IMG/VR virus record: IMGVR_UViG_3300031949_000049
Span: 1 to 54,356 of that record
Source: a virus
Lineage: Duplodnaviria; Caudoviricetes
Length of the DNA stretch: 54,356 nucleotides
Strand: one strand, 5' to 3'
The position numbers and the translations under genes were made by a program. Positions 53,129 through 54,356 of this stretch are shown piece after piece (the first letter of the stretch is position 1; every line of letters starts with the position of its first letter). The notes beneath the pieces are model-generated. The model was given only the letters and a program-made list of their open reading frames with translations. It searched no databases and was not told the DNA's origin.

Positions 53129-53405
53129 CTTACTTCCTACCAGGGGTTGCGTATATTTCTCAATACTATATATACGCCGTGGTGTCAACAGCTCATTTCG
53201 GAATAATTTCGTCAGAGTCACACCACCAGGCGATCTGGTCCGTCATGTACATTACTCCTGCCTCACGGGTAGCGAAGAGGTCGATCCAGGCCTTGGTCTG
53301 TTCTGACAAAGGGGCAGTGAGGATCACTGAAGTCCTCGTTCGTGATGCAGCACGTCATGTTCTTAGGAGGTAGTTCCTCCGACGTCTTCTTCCAGTTCAC
53401 CATGA

Positions 53406-53777
53406 TCAAGCCGCCTTCTTCAAGGCTTCAGGATCCTTCCAGACCTCAACCGCCTTCTTGATGTTGGCGGCGTCCTTGTTGACCCCGTACTTCACGATGA
53501 GCTGGTTGATTCGAACCCAGTCTGGCTGGGGTCGCCTGCCCTTCTTTCCCGTGCCCGGAGGCTCGATCGAGGCATAGGACTTCCCCTTGAGGAAACCATA
53601 CGCTATGAGCGCGGATCTGGACTCGGATCGGACGTCTTGGGTTCGATGATTTCGAAGACCCCAGAAGATCTCTCGGCAGGTCTCACCCCGCCGTTTCTTG
53701 AACTTCTGCTCTTCTTTACGGATGATCTGAGCCTCTACCGCGAGGCTCTTGATCTTGATCTTGAGATATGCTAACAT
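53406..53777 (-). CDS. conserved basic hypothetical protein, C-terminal AA
   Basis: LK.KIKSLA.EA.IIR...HR...VR.E.R...IAYGFL.G..Y..IE; AAGGA RBS. Confidence 0.8.
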   Translation of the reverse strand: MLAYLKIKIKSLAVEAQIIRKEEQKFKKRRGETCREIFWGLRNHRTQDVRSESRSALIAYGFLKGKSYASIEPPGTGKKGRRPQPDWVRINQLIVKYGVNKDAANIKKAVEVWKDPEALKKAA

Positions 53778-53780
53778 GTT

Positions 53781-53890
53781 ACTGTTCCTTTGGTTGATTG
53801 ATTTGAGAAAAGAGATTCGTCAGATCAATCGACCGGGGGACCAGTCTTACAGTCTAGGTATTCAGGTGAACTTCATAGTCTCGGTCCTTC
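53781..53890 (-). promoter_or_regulatory. structured translational leader with mini-ORF ATG AAG TTC ACC TGA ATA CCT AGA CTG TAA
   Basis: GAAGGA RBS; long hairpin whose base ACUGGUCC/GGAACAGU covers the downstream RBS. Confidence 0.6.
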
Positions 53891-53916
53891 TAGTTACACC
53901 GTCTTGCTGACGGAAT

Positions 53917-53991
53917 TGGCGGCTACGGTGGGAATCGAACCCACGACCCAGAGATTGAAAGCTCCTGCTCTACCATTTGAGCTACGCGGCC
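53917..53991 (-). tRNA. aberrant tRNA (anticodon UUC, or UCA in an 8-nt loop)
   Basis: canonical D and T arms, GCCA end; anticodon arm GGAG-CUUUCAAU-CUCU; TTGACA-17-TATAGA promoter at ~54003-54031. Confidence 0.7.
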
Positions 53992-54177
53992 ATCTTATTA
54001 TATCTATACACCATCTCGCTGAACATGTCAAACTATCCCAAATGCGTTCATCACAAAGAAATATCATTAACAAATAAATTTTTTTTAATGGAACCATATC
54101 GCCAACTAGTGTATTATACCTCCGTAGGTGACACTCGTTTCCTACGCGTTAAGTATGTAAAATAGGAGTGTGTTACT

Positions 54178-54356
54178 ATGTTAAGATCTTCAGTCTCAGA
54201 CATCTTAAGTGGTGTGAAACCAGGGGAAAGAAAGCGGTGGAGATTCGAGGATGAGGTTCCAGTCGGATCCAAGAAACCTGTCTACGTTCCCTTCTCTAAG
54301 AACGCTCGGGTAAGAAAAGGTATCGCGGCCTACTTCAATCTAAAGAGCACCGGAGA
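54178..54356 (+). CDS. hypothetical protein, N-terminal fragment
   Basis: AGGAG RBS, frame open to window end. Confidence 0.6.
   Translation, partial: MLRSSVSDILSGVKPGERKRWRFEDEVPVGSKKPVYVPFSKNARVRKGIAAYFNLKSTG

Noticed and set aside
53917-53991. Selenocysteine tRNA or genome-wide UGA recoding
   Set aside because: There is no long variable arm or extended acceptor stem, and TGA is used as a normal stop throughout (many ATGA overlaps).

Overview
54 kb segment of a large, GC-rich T4-like myophage genome, almost all transcribed on the minus strand. The host is very probably an alphaproteobacterium, judged from a permuted two-piece tmRNA, a tRNA-His lacking G-1, and a GapR/DUF2312 gene. Core genes are gp33, PhoH, an exonuclease, RNase H, glutaredoxin, class II RNR (nrdJ) and gp61 primase. 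Accessory genes include a GmhA/HddA/glycosyltransferase/HAD sugar cluster, a PurA-like synthetase, two methyltransferases, a ClpB-like ATPase, vWA and J-domain-pseudokinase genes, and three free-standing homing endonucleases. The RNA content is unusually rich: tmRNA, about 17 tRNA or tRNA-like genes (several structurally aberrant) and a ~930-nt ornate ncRNA resembling GOLLD that contains a tRNA-like domain. Top candidates for undescribed biology: (1) a leader-peptide/terminator attenuator ahead of the main tRNA array, whose first 18 codons sample every tRNA in that array; (2) a UGA-readthrough mini-ORF plus RBS-sequestering hairpin, directly behind an aberrant UUC/UCA tRNA; (3) about 18 dispersed, divergent paralogues of a small winged-helix-like protein; (4) a D-armless CAU tRNA-like RNA. 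All calls come from reading the sequence by eye; no searches or folding programs were run.
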